This document shows positions 9,701 through 19,109 of a DNA stretch of 64,000 nt, one piece after another (the stretch's first letter is position 1; every line of letters starts with the position of its first letter). Source of the stretch: an uncultured Trueperaceae bacterium (GTDB lineage: Bacteria > Deinococcota > Deinococci > Deinococcales > Trueperaceae). The DNA lies in contig CAWCXJ010000002.1 in the NCBI GenBank assembly GCA_963799485.1, forward strand, positions 1-64,000, given 5' to 3'. A program made the position numbers and the translations under genes. The notes under the pieces were generated by a model, which was given only the letters and a program-made list of their open reading frames with translations, ran no database searches and was not told the DNA's origin.

Positions 9701-10423
9701 GATAGTTTACCGTTTTTTGACGGCAAGCGTCACGTGCTCGGGAGCTTGTGTAGCCGTAAGCACGATTGGCAGGGAACCGGCAAGAGTTTACGCTATAGGT
9801 CTAACAGGGACTGCGTATCTTGTCTTAGTTTAAGAGACCAAAGCAAGACAAACCCTAAAATTAGGCGAGACCTTCACTGCCAAAATGTCAAGCATTGGAT
9901 GGCTTTACAGGCGCTTGCGCCGAAGCCGAAAAGTGCAACCCTGGCAAACCCTTTAATTACTCCCCTTATCCCTTTGACTCGAGGGTTTTATGCTCGCGTT
10001 GACCGGGAGGACTATCCCGATTTGATAAAAACGCGCTGGCATCTTAACAGTCGTGGCTACGCCGTTACTACCAGCCACCCAAAAAATACAAAGCTTGTTG
10101 CAATGCATCGTGTGATTTTATGCGCGGCAAATGGGCAGATTGTAGACCACAAGGACGGCGACAGATTAAACAACGCACGGCGTAATCTGCGTATTTGCAG
10201 TGTCGCTCAAAACAACATGAACAGTGCAAAACCGAAAAACAGCCGGTCGAGATTTAAGGGGTTGTCTTGGGATAGCAAAAGAAGGTTTTGGAGAGTCAAA
10301 GTCCAATGCGACGGTAAAACACACGAAATTGGACAGTTTACTGACGAACTAGAGGCGGCAAAAGCTTACAACGTTGCGGCCTTGCGGATACAAGGTGAGT
10401 TTGCGAGGGTCAACGACTTATGA
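9698..10423 (+). CDS. HNH endonuclease with AP2 DNA-binding domain
   Basis: MHRVIL..VDHKDGDRLNNARRNLR; SRFKGLSW..GQFTDELEAAKAYN; GTG 9698 after GGGAGG. Confidence 0.88.
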   Translation: MDSLPFFDGKRHVLGSLCSRKHDWQGTGKSLRYRSNRDCVSCLSLRDQSKTNPKIRRDLHCQNVKHWMALQALAPKPKSATLANPLITPLIPLTRGFYARVDREDYPDLIKTRWHLNSRGYAVTTSHPKNTKLVAMHRVILCAANGQIVDHKDGDRLNNARRNLRICSVAQNNMNSAKPKNSRSRFKGLSWDSKRRFWRVKVQCDGKTHEIGQFTDELEAAKAYNVAALRIQGEFARVNDL

Positions 10424-10514
10424 GACTTTTTAACCGATCTAGGGCACGCAGTAATCAGAGTATAACCCCACGTGCCCAAAACTCAATAGATGGTGTGTGC
10501 TTCAGGGGGTCTTT

Positions 10515-10673
10515 ATGACCGCACTCGAGGCGCATCTGGCAGCAGAGGTTTTAGCTGCACAGTTGCTTGACGAACACCCGGACGTAGACAAGCTGCGCTT
10601 TATGCGTGAGCGGGCGGCGGAGCTGGTGGCGTTTATTGATGCTCGACTTGGCGAGATGGAGCGGGCGGCATGA
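10515..10673 (+). CDS. Small hypothetical protein
   Basis: 52 aa (MTALEAHL...), GGGGG SD, ATGA-coupled to next gene; below ORF-track cutoff. Confidence 0.6.
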   Translation: MTALEAHLAAEVLAAQLLDEHPDVDKLRFMRERAAELVAFIDARLGEMERAA

Positions 10674-11104
10674 GCGCCGTTTTGCCTCTACAGGAAATCC
10701 TAGAGGATAGGGTTAGCTTGGCCCCTACTGGCGTTGTAGGGCTCTACGCCCTCTTTCAAGGCGACGTTTTGGTTTATATCGGACAATCCCTGAACGTTCA
10801 CAAACGCGTTCTGACCCATATGCTCGAAGGGAAAAAGGATTTCGACTCTTACCGCGTTATCCCCACGCTGGCATCTGAGTTGTCCGAGTCAGAAGTTGCT
10901 TACATCGTAGAGTTCAAACCCCTCTATAACGCGAATATCCCGCCCAACAACCGTTACAAGAGCATCAATTTCGTTAAAAAGAATTATGAAATCCACGGCT
11001 TGAAGTTAAAGAAACTCATTCGGCAACACAACCTTACGCTGCTTAACTTTGGCCTTACGACCTACCTAGACATCGTAGAGTTTGAAGGCGTTTTCTATGA
11101 GTAA
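10670..11104 (+). CDS. GIY-YIG nuclease family protein
   Basis: GLYALFQGDVLVYIGQSLNVHKRV..E..YI..KPLYN. Confidence 0.8.
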   Translation: MSAVLPLQEILEDRVSLAPTGVVGLYALFQGDVLVYIGQSLNVHKRVLTHMLEGKKDFDSYRVIPTLASELSESEVAYIVEFKPLYNANIPPNNRYKSINFVKKNYEIHGLKLKKLIRQHNLTLLNFGLTTYLDIVEFEGVFYE

Positions 11105-12056
11105 CTACGGCGTCAGAGACGACCGTGAGCGCATCGCGTTCAACCCCGCGCATCTTGACGACTACGGCCTAGACCCTTACGAGTTCCGGGTCTATATGCG
11201 CCTTACGCGCCGCGCTGGTTCTCATGGTACAGCCTATGAGTCAATCAAAAACACTGCGCTTGCTTGCAAGATGAGTGAGCGAAAAGTGCGCTACGCCATT
11301 AAGGTGTTGTGCGCCTTGAAACTCGTTGGGCTTGTAGAAGAGGGCCGAGACAAGCCCAACATCTACACGCTTTTGGCTCACAGCAAATGGGCGAGTGCAG
11401 ATCGCGTTGATTCGCTCAGGGCTCAAGCTTTAGCAATCGATCCCGAAAAGCGCCCTAAGCACAAAAGCCCTGCACCTGATGCAGCCGTACCCCCTGCACA
11501 ATATGCAGCCCCCCCTGCACCTGATGCAGCCCCCCCCCTGCATGTCATGCAGACCCCCCCTGCACCTGATGCAGCCAAAGGTTCTCCCATAAAGGTAGCT
11601 CCCTTTGAAGGTTCTACCTATAAGGATGCGCCGCGAAAAAACAGCGGCTCACCTATTAAGAACTTTGAACCGCAGACCATTACACCATCAAAGCAAGCCT
11701 CTTCCGATGGTGACTGGTACATGGCGACCTACAACGAGTTGCGGCCCCGTGCCTGGAAGGGTTGCGAAGTCATCAATCCACACCGCGCTCGTAAACTCAA
11801 GACGTTTCGATCCGAATACGGAGACCGCGCCCCAGAAATATTCAAGGCTGCGCTGATTTTCGCACAACGTGATACGTGGTGGTCAAGCAAAAACCTGAGT
11901 TTCGACACGCTGTTTACTAATAACCACATGACGCAGTTTGCTGAAGGCGCAATGTCTGCTCTAAAAACCGGCGTAGACCCCGGCGTTGATGCTAAAACGC
12001 AGAAGTTTTACGAACGCAAAGAACGCTATCGCAACTTTGACTTGGGGCTGAACTGA
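11097..12056 (+). CDS. Replication initiator (winged-HTH, lambda O-like)
   Basis: N-terminal wHTH (ESIKNTALACKMSERKVRYAIKVL..NIYTL), internal iterons, C-terminal FDTLF. Confidence 0.8.
   Translation: MSNYGVRDDRERIAFNPAHLDDYGLDPYEFRVYMRLTRRAGSHGTAYESIKNTALACKMSERKVRYAIKVLCALKLVGLVEEGRDKPNIYTLLAHSKWASADRVDSLRAQALAIDPEKRPKHKSPAPDAAVPPAQYAAPPAPDAAPPLHVMQTPPAPDAAKGSPIKVAPFEGSTYKDAPRKNSGSPIKNFEPQTITPSKQASSDGDWYMATYNELRPRAWKGCEVINPHRARKLKTFRSEYGDRAPEIFKAALIFAQRDTWWSSKNLSFDTLFTNNHMTQFAEGAMSALKTGVDPGVDAKTQKFYERKERYRNFDLGLN
11468..11630. repeat. Putative phage origin: five palindromic iterons
   Basis: CCCTGCA-N5-TGCAG five times at 21-24 bp spacing, followed by AAGGT repeats. Confidence 0.75.
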
Positions 12057-12466
12057 TGACCCTGATAATCGCCGACAAAGCGCGGAGTTTGCCTAGAGAC
12101 GACGGGCTCACTGTAGCGCGTTGCAACCATTCTTCTACCCAAATGACGGTTGCGGAAATCAAAGCGGCACGCGCCGAGGCAATCCCGCCGGATGATTTTA
12201 CCGACGCGATTGCGCTGATCTGCGAACGGTTTGACCGTGAAATTAGCGAATCGATTGCACGGCAGTTTTACAGCACCTTAAAACAACACATGGGGGCTGA
12301 AGAGTTTGCCGCCGCTTACAACGATTTTTGGACGACCGAGATGTTTTTTGCCAACGTCATCCCGTTTTTCGTCAAGCACGTTCAGCGCCAGCGCGAAAAC
12401 GCCCCCGACCTGATCAGCTTGGGGATGGCTGAAGCATACAGACGGGGCGCTGAAACAAATGACTGA
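12056..12466 (+). CDS. Hypothetical protein (possible helicase loader/inhibitor)
   Basis: Position only. Confidence 0.5.
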   Translation: MTLIIADKARSLPRDDGLTVARCNHSSTQMTVAEIKAARAEAIPPDDFTDAIALICERFDREISESIARQFYSTLKQHMGAEEFAAAYNDFWTTEMFFANVIPFFVKHVQRQRENAPDLISLGMAEAYRRGAETND

Positions 12467-13304
12467 GGCTTTCCTGGTAGCCCTCGGTTTAGAGCGTGCG
12501 ACCTTTCAGACGTTTGCAGATCACGACGGAGCACCCTACCCGCGCATCATGCACGGGCCGCACCGGGCGGTAAAAAATAGACTCGAGGCACTCAACCGTC
12601 AAGGCTCCGGCGTGTTCGTTATGGCAAACGCTGGAGACCTTCAGGGTCGCCGCGCCGAGAACGTCGTGCGGATCAGCGCCTACTTTGCCGACCTTGACGG
12701 CGCGCCGCTGTTCGACGCTTACCCTTTGCCGCCGACCGCGATTGTCGAATCCAGCCCCGCCCGTTATCACCTGTACTGGCGGGTTACGGACGCGCCGCTA
12801 GAGAGTTTTGGGCACGTACAAAAGCACGTTGCAGGGTTGCTCGGCGGTGACGACAAAGTTCACGACCTGCCCCGCGTGATGCGGCTGCCGGGATATCTGC
12901 ACGCCAAAGCTGAGCCGTTTCAGAGTCGGATGTTAGAGCTTGACGCAAGCGCCGTGTACAGTCACGAGGCCTTTCTCGAGTCGTTCGCCGTACCCGTTTA
13001 CACGCCGCCAACTGCCCTTCCGCCTTTGCCCGCTGCCGCGCTCGCTTACTTGGGTAGAACGGGTGAGCACAAAAGCAGTAACCGGCACAAACTACTTGAG
13101 CGAGTTGCTACGGCAGGCAACGGCGGACGCAATGACACGTTGCACAAAATGGCCTGTGCTTTAGCGAATGATATCGCCGCCGGAACCCTAGACGCCGACA
13201 TTGCCCGCGCTGAACTCACCGAAGCTGCGCACATGGCAGGTTTAGAAGACCGCGAAATTAACTCGACGATTACAAGCGCCTTTAGATATGCGCGGGGCAA
13301 CTGA
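12459..13304 (+). CDS. RepB-like AEP primase with PriCT-like C-terminus
   Basis: YFADLDG, VESSPARYHLYW, DLPRVMRLPG, GGRNDTL..REINSTITSA. Confidence 0.85.
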   Translation: MTEAFLVALGLERATFQTFADHDGAPYPRIMHGPHRAVKNRLEALNRQGSGVFVMANAGDLQGRRAENVVRISAYFADLDGAPLFDAYPLPPTAIVESSPARYHLYWRVTDAPLESFGHVQKHVAGLLGGDDKVHDLPRVMRLPGYLHAKAEPFQSRMLELDASAVYSHEAFLESFAVPVYTPPTALPPLPAAALAYLGRTGEHKSSNRHKLLERVATAGNGGRNDTLHKMACALANDIAAGTLDADIARAELTEAAHMAGLEDREINSTITSAFRYARGN

Positions 13305-14068
13305 TGCGTGAGCGTGAAACGCAAGTAGACCCGCTTCAGACCATCAGTAGTACCGATCTGTTCGCCCTTGACCTCACGCCGCCCCCGATGATTGTGCCCG
13401 GTTTAGTTGCGACCGGGCTCAACATCATGGCGGCTGCGCCCAAAAGCGGCAAGTCGTTCGCCGCGTTGCAACTTGCCCACGCTGTTGCCACCGGCGGGTT
13501 CTGGCTAGGGCAAAAAGCTATGCAGGGCCGTGCCGTGTATTTAGCTTTAGAAGACACGCGTTACCGCCTCAAACACCGGATGCAAGGGTTGAAGCTGACA
13601 CCCACACCGATGCTCGAGTTTGCTACGGAGTCGTCAAGTCTAAAACTCGGCGGGCTCGAGGCCATTCACAACTACATTCACGAGAAGGGGGACGTAAAAC
13701 TCGTGATCCTCGACACCTTAGCGCGGGTAAAAGATACGGCGGTTGGTGGGGACAACGCTTACGAAACCGATTCACAGTTGGGCGGTGCATTACAGCAGGT
13801 TGCGTTCAACGGCGAGATCGCTTTTCTTGTGATCCACCATATGTCGAAGGCCAAAAATAAAGATTTCTTGCTTTCACTCTCCGGCTCTGCCGGTCTTCCC
13901 GGCGCGGCAGACGTGGTGATGGCGTTAGAGCGTGAGCGCAACGATTCTCACGCCAAGTTGCATGTGACTGGGCGCGACCTCGACGAACGGATGATTCACC
14001 TCGACTGGACACCAAATGGCTGGCGCACCTTTGAAGAGCAGCGTGCTCCTGATAGGGGGTTCAACTAA
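13304..14068 (+). CDS. RepA-like (AAA_25) replicative helicase
   Basis: AAPKSGKS Walker A, YLALED, LVILDT, IHH..K, SGS. Confidence 0.88.
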   Translation: MRERETQVDPLQTISSTDLFALDLTPPPMIVPGLVATGLNIMAAAPKSGKSFAALQLAHAVATGGFWLGQKAMQGRAVYLALEDTRYRLKHRMQGLKLTPTPMLEFATESSSLKLGGLEAIHNYIHEKGDVKLVILDTLARVKDTAVGGDNAYETDSQLGGALQQVAFNGEIAFLVIHHMSKAKNKDFLLSLSGSAGLPGAADVVMALERERNDSHAKLHVTGRDLDERMIHLDWTPNGWRTFEEQRAPDRGFN

Positions 14069-14445
14069 TGCCAGCCAACCTAGACCTCGCCCGCTCCGTC
14101 TACGAACTACTCGTGCATCGTCACCCGGACGGTTTGACCCGCCTCAACCTGGCCGCCAAACTCAAATGCGACGACCGGACGGCCCGCGACGCGGTCAACA
14201 CGTGTCGCTACCTGGCAGCGGCAACCCCAAGAAAGAGCGACGGGCGCGTTTTTATCGTAGGGTTTGACCCTTTGTACAAGGTCTACTGTGCGGCTCAAAA
14301 TCCTGAGCAAGCGAGACGGGTAATTGAATATCAGCAAGCTAGGATTACCGACATCACACGCGCACTAGACGCCCAGCGCGAAGCTTTTGAGCAGACTTTC
14401 GGGGTGAAATACCGGGCGACTGAAGAAGTGGAATTGTTTATATGA
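14068..14445 (+). CDS. Winged-HTH hypothetical protein
   Basis: GLTRLNLAAKLKCDDRTARDAV. Confidence 0.6.
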   Translation: MPANLDLARSVYELLVHRHPDGLTRLNLAAKLKCDDRTARDAVNTCRYLAAATPRKSDGRVFIVGFDPLYKVYCAAQNPEQARRVIEYQQARITDITRALDAQREAFEQTFGVKYRATEEVELFI

Positions 14446-14951
14446 GTGCTCAAACGATGCCCGCGCATTCCCGGCAAATCGAGCGGTACACTCCGCGCTA
14501 CATTTTTGAGGGTCTTGCCGCCCGCTTTGACCTTGATCCGTGTGCCCCATTCAGTTATTGCCCAAGTAAGTTTTACTGCGAACGTTGGTACATGCGGGAC
14601 GGTTTGGGTCAAGACGGCTTAGCACTGCCTTGGGATGGTCTTTGCTGGGTCAACCCCCCCTGGACACGCGGCGAAAAGACGAAGTGGATTGCCAAGCTTC
14701 ACGCGCACGGTTCCGGTATCGCGCTTGTCCGGGGAAATACCGACGGCGCTTTTTTACACGACTACCCGCCCGACGCGCTGTTTTTAATTCGGGGCCGGGT
14801 TAAGTACGTGCTGCCGGATGGCGAAAGCGAAAGGCCACGTAAAGGTGGCGCGGTCGGCGGTTTTGAGCCCAGTTTTATGGCGGGTTTCGGAAAAAAAGCC
14901 TCAAGGATTCTCGAGGACTGCACTTTAGAAGGGACGTTTTACCGCCGATGA
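14442..14951 (+). CDS. Phage DNA N6-adenine methyltransferase
   Basis: YTP..IF..FDLDPC, WVNPPW motif IV, GRVKY. Confidence 0.82.
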   Translation: MSAQTMPAHSRQIERYTPRYIFEGLAARFDLDPCAPFSYCPSKFYCERWYMRDGLGQDGLALPWDGLCWVNPPWTRGEKTKWIAKLHAHGSGIALVRGNTDGAFLHDYPPDALFLIRGRVKYVLPDGESERPRKGGAVGGFEPSFMAGFGKKASRILEDCTLEGTFYRR

Positions 14952-15178
14952 AACGCCGCGTCTTAGCTCCCCATACGCCACGCCCCAGGTCTTACCCGTC
15001 GTGTTACGCGCAGGGCTGCCCGCCCCTCTTCGCCCCCGGCACCCTCGCCCTGGTGCTTTCAGGCGAGTTTCAAGGCCAGACCGGACGGATTCGAGTGCTC
15101 GAGCCTTACCACGCCGTGCTCCTGGTCGGCGGCGCTGAGGTCAGGGTGCTGCTGACCGAGCTGAGGAGAGTTTCTTGA
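14948..15178 (+). CDS. KOW-motif small protein
   Basis: PGTLALVLSGEFQGQTGRI. Confidence 0.5.
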   Translation: MKRRVLAPHTPRPRSYPSCYAQGCPPLFAPGTLALVLSGEFQGQTGRIRVLEPYHAVLLVGGAEVRVLLTELRRVS

Positions 15179-15912
15179 ACCGACTTTGCGCCGTCTGCGA
15201 GCGACCCCTCGAGCCTCATCCCGACCCCAGAGTCCGCCCCCGGCAGCGCTACCACTCCGGCACCTGTCGGCGCAAAGGGCGCAACGCCAGAGCCAGGAAG
15301 CGCAGGAGGCTGGCCGCAGAGCAAGCTAGACCCGACCTGGAGGGTTTCGTGTCGGTTCCCGAAATCGCCGCCTCCTTTAACGTCAACCGTTCGGTAATCA
15401 GAGCGTTTTTCCTTCGCCGCAAGCTCTGGAGGCGTCCTTACCGCCTCGAGGTCGGCACCACACACTACCTTCGCGCCGACATCGCCGCGCTCTACAGCGA
15501 GGGCCGCGTCACGAGAAAGCCTGAAGGGTACGTGAGCGTCAAGCGCGTTTTGAGCGACCTGCCCCTTCGCGGGCGTGAGCACCTGGGCAGGCTCGAGCGA
15601 GAAGGGAAGGTGACCGTGATCCGTTTCCGCAAAAACCTCTACCTGAGCCCCGACGACGCCCGTTACGTCCGGGAAACGCTGCTGGATCGGCTGCCGCTAC
15701 CCGGCTGGGTGCCGCTAGCCGAGACGGCGAGAAACACGGGCAAGACCCGGCAAGCGCTCATGGCGTGGCTGAAACGCAGAGACCGCGAAACCCGTATCTA
15801 TCTCGACACCGAAAGCCACCAGTTTGTCCGCCACCTTACCCGGAAGGACGCGGACGAGTACATGAGGGAGCGGTGCAAGGAGAAAAAAAATCCCCGGTCT
15901 AAAAATGCTTGA
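15175..15912 (+). CDS. Multi-HTH DNA-binding protein with N-terminal CxxC
   Basis: CAVC..YHSGTCR; three GFVS/GYVS/GWVP-initiated HTH-like repeats. Confidence 0.6.
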   Translation: MNRLCAVCERPLEPHPDPRVRPRQRYHSGTCRRKGRNARARKRRRLAAEQARPDLEGFVSVPEIAASFNVNRSVIRAFFLRRKLWRRPYRLEVGTTHYLRADIAALYSEGRVTRKPEGYVSVKRVLSDLPLRGREHLGRLEREGKVTVIRFRKNLYLSPDDARYVRETLLDRLPLPGWVPLAETARNTGKTRQALMAWLKRRDRETRIYLDTESHQFVRHLTRKDADEYMRERCKEKKNPRSKNA

Positions 15913-16141
15913 CCCCGATTTTCTCGATGTACTTTCCGACCCTACTTGCAGGCCGATTGTCTGCGTTTTACTCGAGGCCGCTTCGCAGCGTGCCGAGAGT
16001 TTGCGGTGCTCCAGAGATGACGCTATCGGCCTGGACGCGTCCCGGCTGGACGACGCCATCAGCGAAAACGAAGTGGTACGCCGGAAGTGCCGAGAGATTT
16101 TACTAGGAGGAAACGATGTTTTACCCCGAAACCGACCTTGA
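15905..16141 (+). CDS. Hypothetical protein
   Basis: Coupled ORF in early operon. Confidence 0.5.
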   Translation: MLDPDFLDVLSDPTCRPIVCVLLEAASQRAESLRCSRDDAIGLDASRLDDAISENEVVRRKCREILLGGNDVLPRNRP

Positions 16142-16388
16142 ACGCCTCCGTGAAGAAAACGATGCGCTGAGGGCTGAGCTGGGCAGCACACGAAAGAAGG
16201 CGTTGCAAGAGGCTATCGAAGTCTTGAAGCACCGCGCTATCAGCGTAGAGCTTTCGACACTCTGTTTTCCAGACGAAAACGTTACTCGCAAGTGGGCGTT
16301 AGCTGTAAGCAACGAACTGGATAGGGCGTGGCAAGAGCTAGAGATACTCGCCGACATCCCGACCGCTGAGGAGGCTACCCGTGACTGA
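16116..16388 (+). CDS. Hypothetical protein
   Basis: AGGAGG SD. Confidence 0.65.
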   Translation: MFYPETDLERLREENDALRAELGSTRKKALQEAIEVLKHRAISVELSTLCFPDENVTRKWALAVSNELDRAWQELEILADIPTAEEATRD

Positions 16389-16680
16389 GATTACCGCTGA
16401 GGTGCTAGCGGAGTTGGAGCGTACACAGTTTGAAAAAACCGGAGCGGTGCAGTTTTGGGACGCTAAGGGACATTTGATTGGCGAGGCAGAAAACATGCCC
16501 GCCGAACACATGCTTGAACTCGCAATACTCGCGCCCCAACTCATAGCCGCCGCCCGAGACGCCGCCCGCTACCGCACCGCCCTGCAAGAGATAGCGGGCG
16601 TATCGCCCTCGGATAGCAGGTGGGCTAGTGAGGGTGTGCGGGAGTATGCGCGGCGAGTTTTGGGTGAATCGCAGCCATGA
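16381..16680 (+). CDS. Hypothetical protein (mosaic paralog of 17162..17458)
   Basis: Shared N- and C-terminal blocks. Confidence 0.7.
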   Translation: MTEITAEVLAELERTQFEKTGAVQFWDAKGHLIGEAENMPAEHMLELAILAPQLIAAARDAARYRTALQEIAGVSPSDSRWASEGVREYARRVLGESQP

Positions 16681-17444
16681 AATACCGTGCCGACTATCTA
16701 GCCGACACCACGACAGGTGGGGGCTTCACTCAGGTCATTTACGCTGACAACGACAAAGCCGCTCACGAACTCGCGCTAATGCACGCGCCGCGAGATATGG
16801 CGCTCGTTAGCGTCTACCGGGTCGAGCTGAGACGCGATGACCTGAACCGGATGCAAGCGGCGGCGTTTGACGAAAAAACAGACGCTACGCCCGGTGAGCT
16901 TATCGAGATGTTGGGGTTGCTCTTGCACGCTTGGGATGAGGGAGAGCGTAAATATGCTGAGCTTTACAAAGAAGTGCAGTCTTGGAAAAAAGAACGCGAC
17001 TTTTTACGCCGGGGCATCCTCGAGCTGTATCACGGTGAGGTCATCACGATGAGCCGAGCGCGTGAGCTGATGGGCTTTAAACATATCGACCCGGTAAGAG
17101 AGATGTACCGAAGGCTGAAACCGGAATTTGAGGCCGACACCCCGCCCGCAAAGGAGACGCCGTGAACGACCTTACGCCCGAGATGCTAGCGGAGCTGGAG
17201 CGGCTCCGCGAAGAAAACACCGAACTCAAAAAGCTTTTTGAAGCCTTAACGCCAAGTGGTAGCGAGTTCGTAGACTCACCTCGAAACTGCTACCTGTATG
17301 CCAAGCACCGAATAGAGGGGGCTATGGGGGTTGCAAAAGAGCGTAATTTGTACCGCGCCGCCCTGCAAGAGATAGCCGACGTATCGCCGTCGGATAGCAG
17401 GTGGGCTAGTGAGAGTGTGCGGGAATATGCGCGGCGAGTTTTGG
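16570..17444 (+). repeat. 94-bp direct repeat (16570-16663 / 17351-17444)
   Basis: 88/94 identical by manual alignment. Confidence 0.9.
16677..17165 (+). CDS. Hypothetical protein
   Basis: ATGA-coupled; C-terminal ITMSRARELMG HTH-like. Confidence 0.6.
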   Translation: MKYRADYLADTTTGGGFTQVIYADNDKAAHELALMHAPRDMALVSVYRVELRRDDLNRMQAAAFDEKTDATPGELIEMLGLLLHAWDEGERKYAELYKEVQSWKKERDFLRRGILELYHGEVITMSRARELMGFKHIDPVREMYRRLKPEFEADTPPAKETP

Positions 17445-17458
17445 AGGGGGGGTCATGA
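17162..17458 (+). CDS. Hypothetical protein (mosaic paralog of 16381..16680)
   Basis: AAGGAG SD; shared ends. Confidence 0.7.
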   Translation: MNDLTPEMLAELERLREENTELKKLFEALTPSGSEFVDSPRNCYLYAKHRIEGAMGVAKERNLYRAALQEIADVSPSDSRWASESVREYARRVLEGGS

Positions 17459-17721
17459 CCCAAGCTGAATTAAGCCGTATCACCGAGGAAGCAGGCCACT
17501 TTACTGGCCCTAGCGGTCGCCCTGTGATCGTGCTAGGCGAAGCTGAGTTTAACGCCTTGCTTGGCGTTATTTCGGGGTTTCAGCAGTACGCTTCAGAAAT
17601 TATCGAGTCAAGCTTCGTAGACGGCCTTAGCGACGCTGCGGTCGTTGAAATCGGCAAGCGTCATAAGGTGCTCGAGATTGTTTACCCTGCAATCGGAATT
17701 GATGAACCGGGGGGCAGGTAA
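17455..17721 (+). CDS. Hypothetical protein
   Basis: Coupled ORF. Confidence 0.6.
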   Translation: MTQAELSRITEEAGHFTGPSGRPVIVLGEAEFNALLGVISGFQQYASEIIESSFVDGLSDAAVVEIGKRHKVLEIVYPAIGIDEPGGR

Positions 17722-17819
17722 TGCCTAAAGACCTTACCCACGCCTCGGAAGCTGTGCGGCGGCGTAATGCTTTTGAGGGCATTGCAAGTGTTGAATTAAC
17801 GTCACAGACAGGAAATCTA

Positions 17820-17902
17820 TGCTAAAATACAGAAGTCAGCCGGAGCGGTTTGCAGACCCCCCGGCGCGACAAAACCAGACTTTGGGAGAGTGGTTTTGTA
17901 TG
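17820..17902 (+). promoter_or_regulatory. Extended -10 promoter plus two-hairpin leader of HNH gene
   Basis: TGCTAAAAT; GTC-GCCGG-GGT ttgcag ACC-CCGGC-GAC; ACAAAACCA/TGGTTTTGT stem around GGGAG abutting ATG. Confidence 0.75.
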
Positions 17903-18589
17903 GCAAGTGTACCGCGTATTTGTTCTTTTGATGGCTGTGGGCGTAAGCACCACGCTAAGGGTTACTGCAAGCTGCATCATCAACGACTTTCCAGAACCGG
18001 CACGACTGAGGTCGTTCTTCGACCACAAAGTATTTGTAGTGCAAAGGACTGCGGCAACAAAGTTCATAGTCATGGGTTGTGCGGCAAGCATGGTCGGCGA
18101 ATGCGTGAACACGGTTCCTTAGATTTGCCCGTTCGTGTTCGTGACAATGTTGCTTTGTTTTGGAGTAAGGTTAAAAAAACCGAAAATTGTTGGCTGTGGA
18201 CGAGTACCTTAAATGGGTCTGGTTATGGCATCATTTACATACGTCGCGGCAAACCTTACGGGGCACACAGGTTTTCTTTTGAGCTACATAAGGGGGTAAT
18301 CCCTGAGGGCATGTTTGTATGCCACACTTGTGATACACCGGCCTGTGTAAACCCAGAACATCTGTGGGTAGGTACACCAGCGGAAAATTCAGCTGATATG
18401 GTTCGCAAAAACCGCAAAGAACGTGGCAGCGCTCATTACATGGCAAAACTAACCGAGGCTGACGTGGTTAAAATTCGCCGCTTCGTAGCTGAAGGCAAGA
18501 CGCAAACAGAGGTGGCACAAGAGTTCGGGGTCACTTCAAGCCTCATTTCAGCAATTTGCCGTAGAAAATGTTGGCGTCATGTCAGGTAA
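17900..18589 (+). CDS. HNH endonuclease with C-terminal HTH
   Basis: CWLW..GYG..AHRFSF..VCHTCDTPACVNPEHL..EN..DM. Confidence 0.9.
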   Translation: MASVPRICSFDGCGRKHHAKGYCKLHHQRLSRTGTTEVVLRPQSICSAKDCGNKVHSHGLCGKHGRRMREHGSLDLPVRVRDNVALFWSKVKKTENCWLWTSTLNGSGYGIIYIRRGKPYGAHRFSFELHKGVIPEGMFVCHTCDTPACVNPEHLWVGTPAENSADMVRKNRKERGSAHYMAKLTEADVVKIRRFVAEGKTQTEVAQEFGVTSSLISAICRRKCWRHVR

Positions 18590-19109
18590 AAATTGGGAAG
18601 TTGAAGATATTAAGAATTCAGCTGTGCGGCGGCGTAATGCGGAGCTGTTTCGAGAACTGGAAGCCCCCCGTGCGTCTACTCAGAAGCCCAATTTGGCCCC
18701 GGTAACGCTCCAAACGGTTGAATATGTCCTAGCGGAGCCAGAACGCCTCAAAACGTCTCTCAGGCTTTACCTACCTTTCCCCCAATCGGTTAATGATTTG
18801 TACTCGACCGTTCGTAACCGTCGGGTACTGAGCGCCAAAGGGCGGGCCTATCACAAGGAGGTGTGCGCCATCGTTTTAGCCGAGGGTAAAAACGTAAAGC
18901 TGACAGGGAGAGTTTCCTATGCGCTCGTGCTTTATCCGCCGGACAAACGCCGCCGTGATTTGTCTAATTATGTAAAGGTGCTAGAAGACTCCTTAACCCA
19001 GGCGAATTTTTGGGCAGATGATTCGCAAGTTTGCGCGTTTCGGGTCGAGTGGGGCGAAGTCAGAGCCAGAGGCGCGGCGTATATCAAGATTTGGAGTGTT
19101 GATGTCTGA
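18579..19109 (+). CDS. rusA: RusA-family Holliday junction resolvase
   Basis: LPFPQSVN, PPDKRRRDLSNYVKVLEDSL..DDSQV. Confidence 0.88.
   Translation: MSGKNWEVEDIKNSAVRRRNAELFRELEAPRASTQKPNLAPVTLQTVEYVLAEPERLKTSLRLYLPFPQSVNDLYSTVRNRRVLSAKGRAYHKEVCAIVLAEGKNVKLTGRVSYALVLYPPDKRRRDLSNYVKVLEDSLTQANFWADDSQVCAFRVEWGEVRARGAAYIKIWSVDV

Larger units (their letters stand above)
17750..18640 (+). repeat. 21-bp perfect direct repeat flanking HNH cassette
   Basis: AGCTGTGCGGCGGCGTAATGC at 17750-17770 and 18620-18640. Confidence 0.92.

Noticed and set aside
16570..17444. 94-bp repeat pair as DGR template/variable repeat
   Set aside because: No reverse transcriptase in the window; mismatches are not adenine-specific; both copies are coding
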